A stretch of DNA of 56,030 nucleotides from positions 1-56,030 of the IMG/VR virus record IMGVR_UViG_3300035703_000118; one strand, written 5' to 3'. Made by a program: the position numbers and the translations under genes. The stretch comes from a virus (lineage: Duplodnaviria > Caudoviricetes). Positions within the stretch are counted from its first letter, which is position 1, and each line of letters opens with the position of its first letter. The notes beneath the pieces were generated by a model that saw only the letters and a program-made list of their open reading frames with translations, had not been told where the DNA came from and ran no database searches. This document shows, piece after piece, positions 55,577 through 56,030 of the stretch.

Positions 55577-55903
55577 TTACTCCACCCATTTGTATCGCTG
55601 CCCGGAAATCACCCTCCCGACCTGAGAGTTGGAAATGCCCAAAGCATTTGCTATCCGATACCTACCAAGCCCAGATCGAGACATTTGCCTAATAGTCAAA
55701 ACTTGCTCTTTGGTCAATTCGGCCTTTTTTTGAGCGTGCGAAATAACGGTTTTCGGCCTATCACTAGGCCAAGGGACGTGATTCCAGCGAGAGTTTGTTG
55801 CGATGGAAGATATAAGGCTCTTTGATACAAAAAACTGCTGGGCCAATACAACTTGCGATTCCCCATCCCAAATCCTTGCTTTGATTTCTAAAACCTGATC
55901 TTC
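55577..55903 (-). CDS. GIY-YIG endonuclease, 3' part (two HTH-like DNA-binding repeats)
   Basis: KLTEDQVLEIK...LAQQF.VS...IS.I and ELTKEQVLTIR...IA..LGIS...V..VI. Confidence 0.85.
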   Translation of the reverse strand, partial: EDQVLEIKARIWDGESQVVLAQQFFVSKSLISSIATNSRWNHVPWPSDRPKTVISHAQKKAELTKEQVLTIRQMSRSGLGRYRIANALGISNSQVGRVISGQRYKWVE

Positions 55904-56030
55904 GGTAAGCTTCGACTGGGTTTGCCCTGAGCCTCTGCGCAGCCTTTGCAGTCGCTCCTCTGCCGTCAACCTTACCTTTTCTTTTCGCGGGTATCGCTCT
56001 CTCATGGTCGCAATTCTCTTTGCTTCGGAC
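55904..56030. repeat. Terminal direct repeat, copy 2
   Basis: Identical to 1-127. Confidence 0.95.

Noticed and set aside
55904-56030. 127-bp terminal repeat as a biological DTR
   Set aside because: It falls in the middle of a gene and equals a common assembler k-mer length, so it is best explained as a circular overlap.

Overview
The window is an apparently complete dsDNA tailed-phage genome of 55,903 bp. Bases 1-127 repeat exactly at 55904-56030, which looks like a circular assembly overlap. It is a siphovirus-type phage, probably lytic, of an actinobacterial host (WhiB-like gene, LAxTG sorting motif, leaderless promoters). No integrase, DNA polymerase or CRISPR array is recognisable. Two arms diverge from a repeat-rich non-coding region near 9.75-10.3 kb and converge at a hairpin near 37.64 kb. 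The minus-strand arm holds small genes, terminase, portal, protease/scaffold and capsid. Across the origin it continues with a GIY-YIG endonuclease, a collagen fibre module, head-tail joining genes, two tail-tube paralogs, tape measure, tail tip, M23 endolysin, metallophosphoesterase and holin. The plus-strand arm holds many small early genes, HTH paralogs, a beta-clamp-like protein, an SF2 helicase, a WhiB fusion, ERF, an exonuclease, SSB, a primase-helicase, Mom-like and Dam-like DNA-modification genes and a RuvC-like resolvase. The most notable signals are: (1) two paralogous gene arrays flanking the helicase, in which near-identical 20-53 bp DNA blocks alternate with unrelated in-frame segments, plus repeated gene-junction linkers elsewhere; (2) a ~420-nt structured non-coding region ending in a tRNA-like domain; (3) a ~95-nt candidate sRNA with anti-Shine-Dalgarno loops; (4) a 26-aa peptide resembling the ribonucleotide-reductase C-terminal CxxC tail. 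All calls come from manual reading; no database searches were run.
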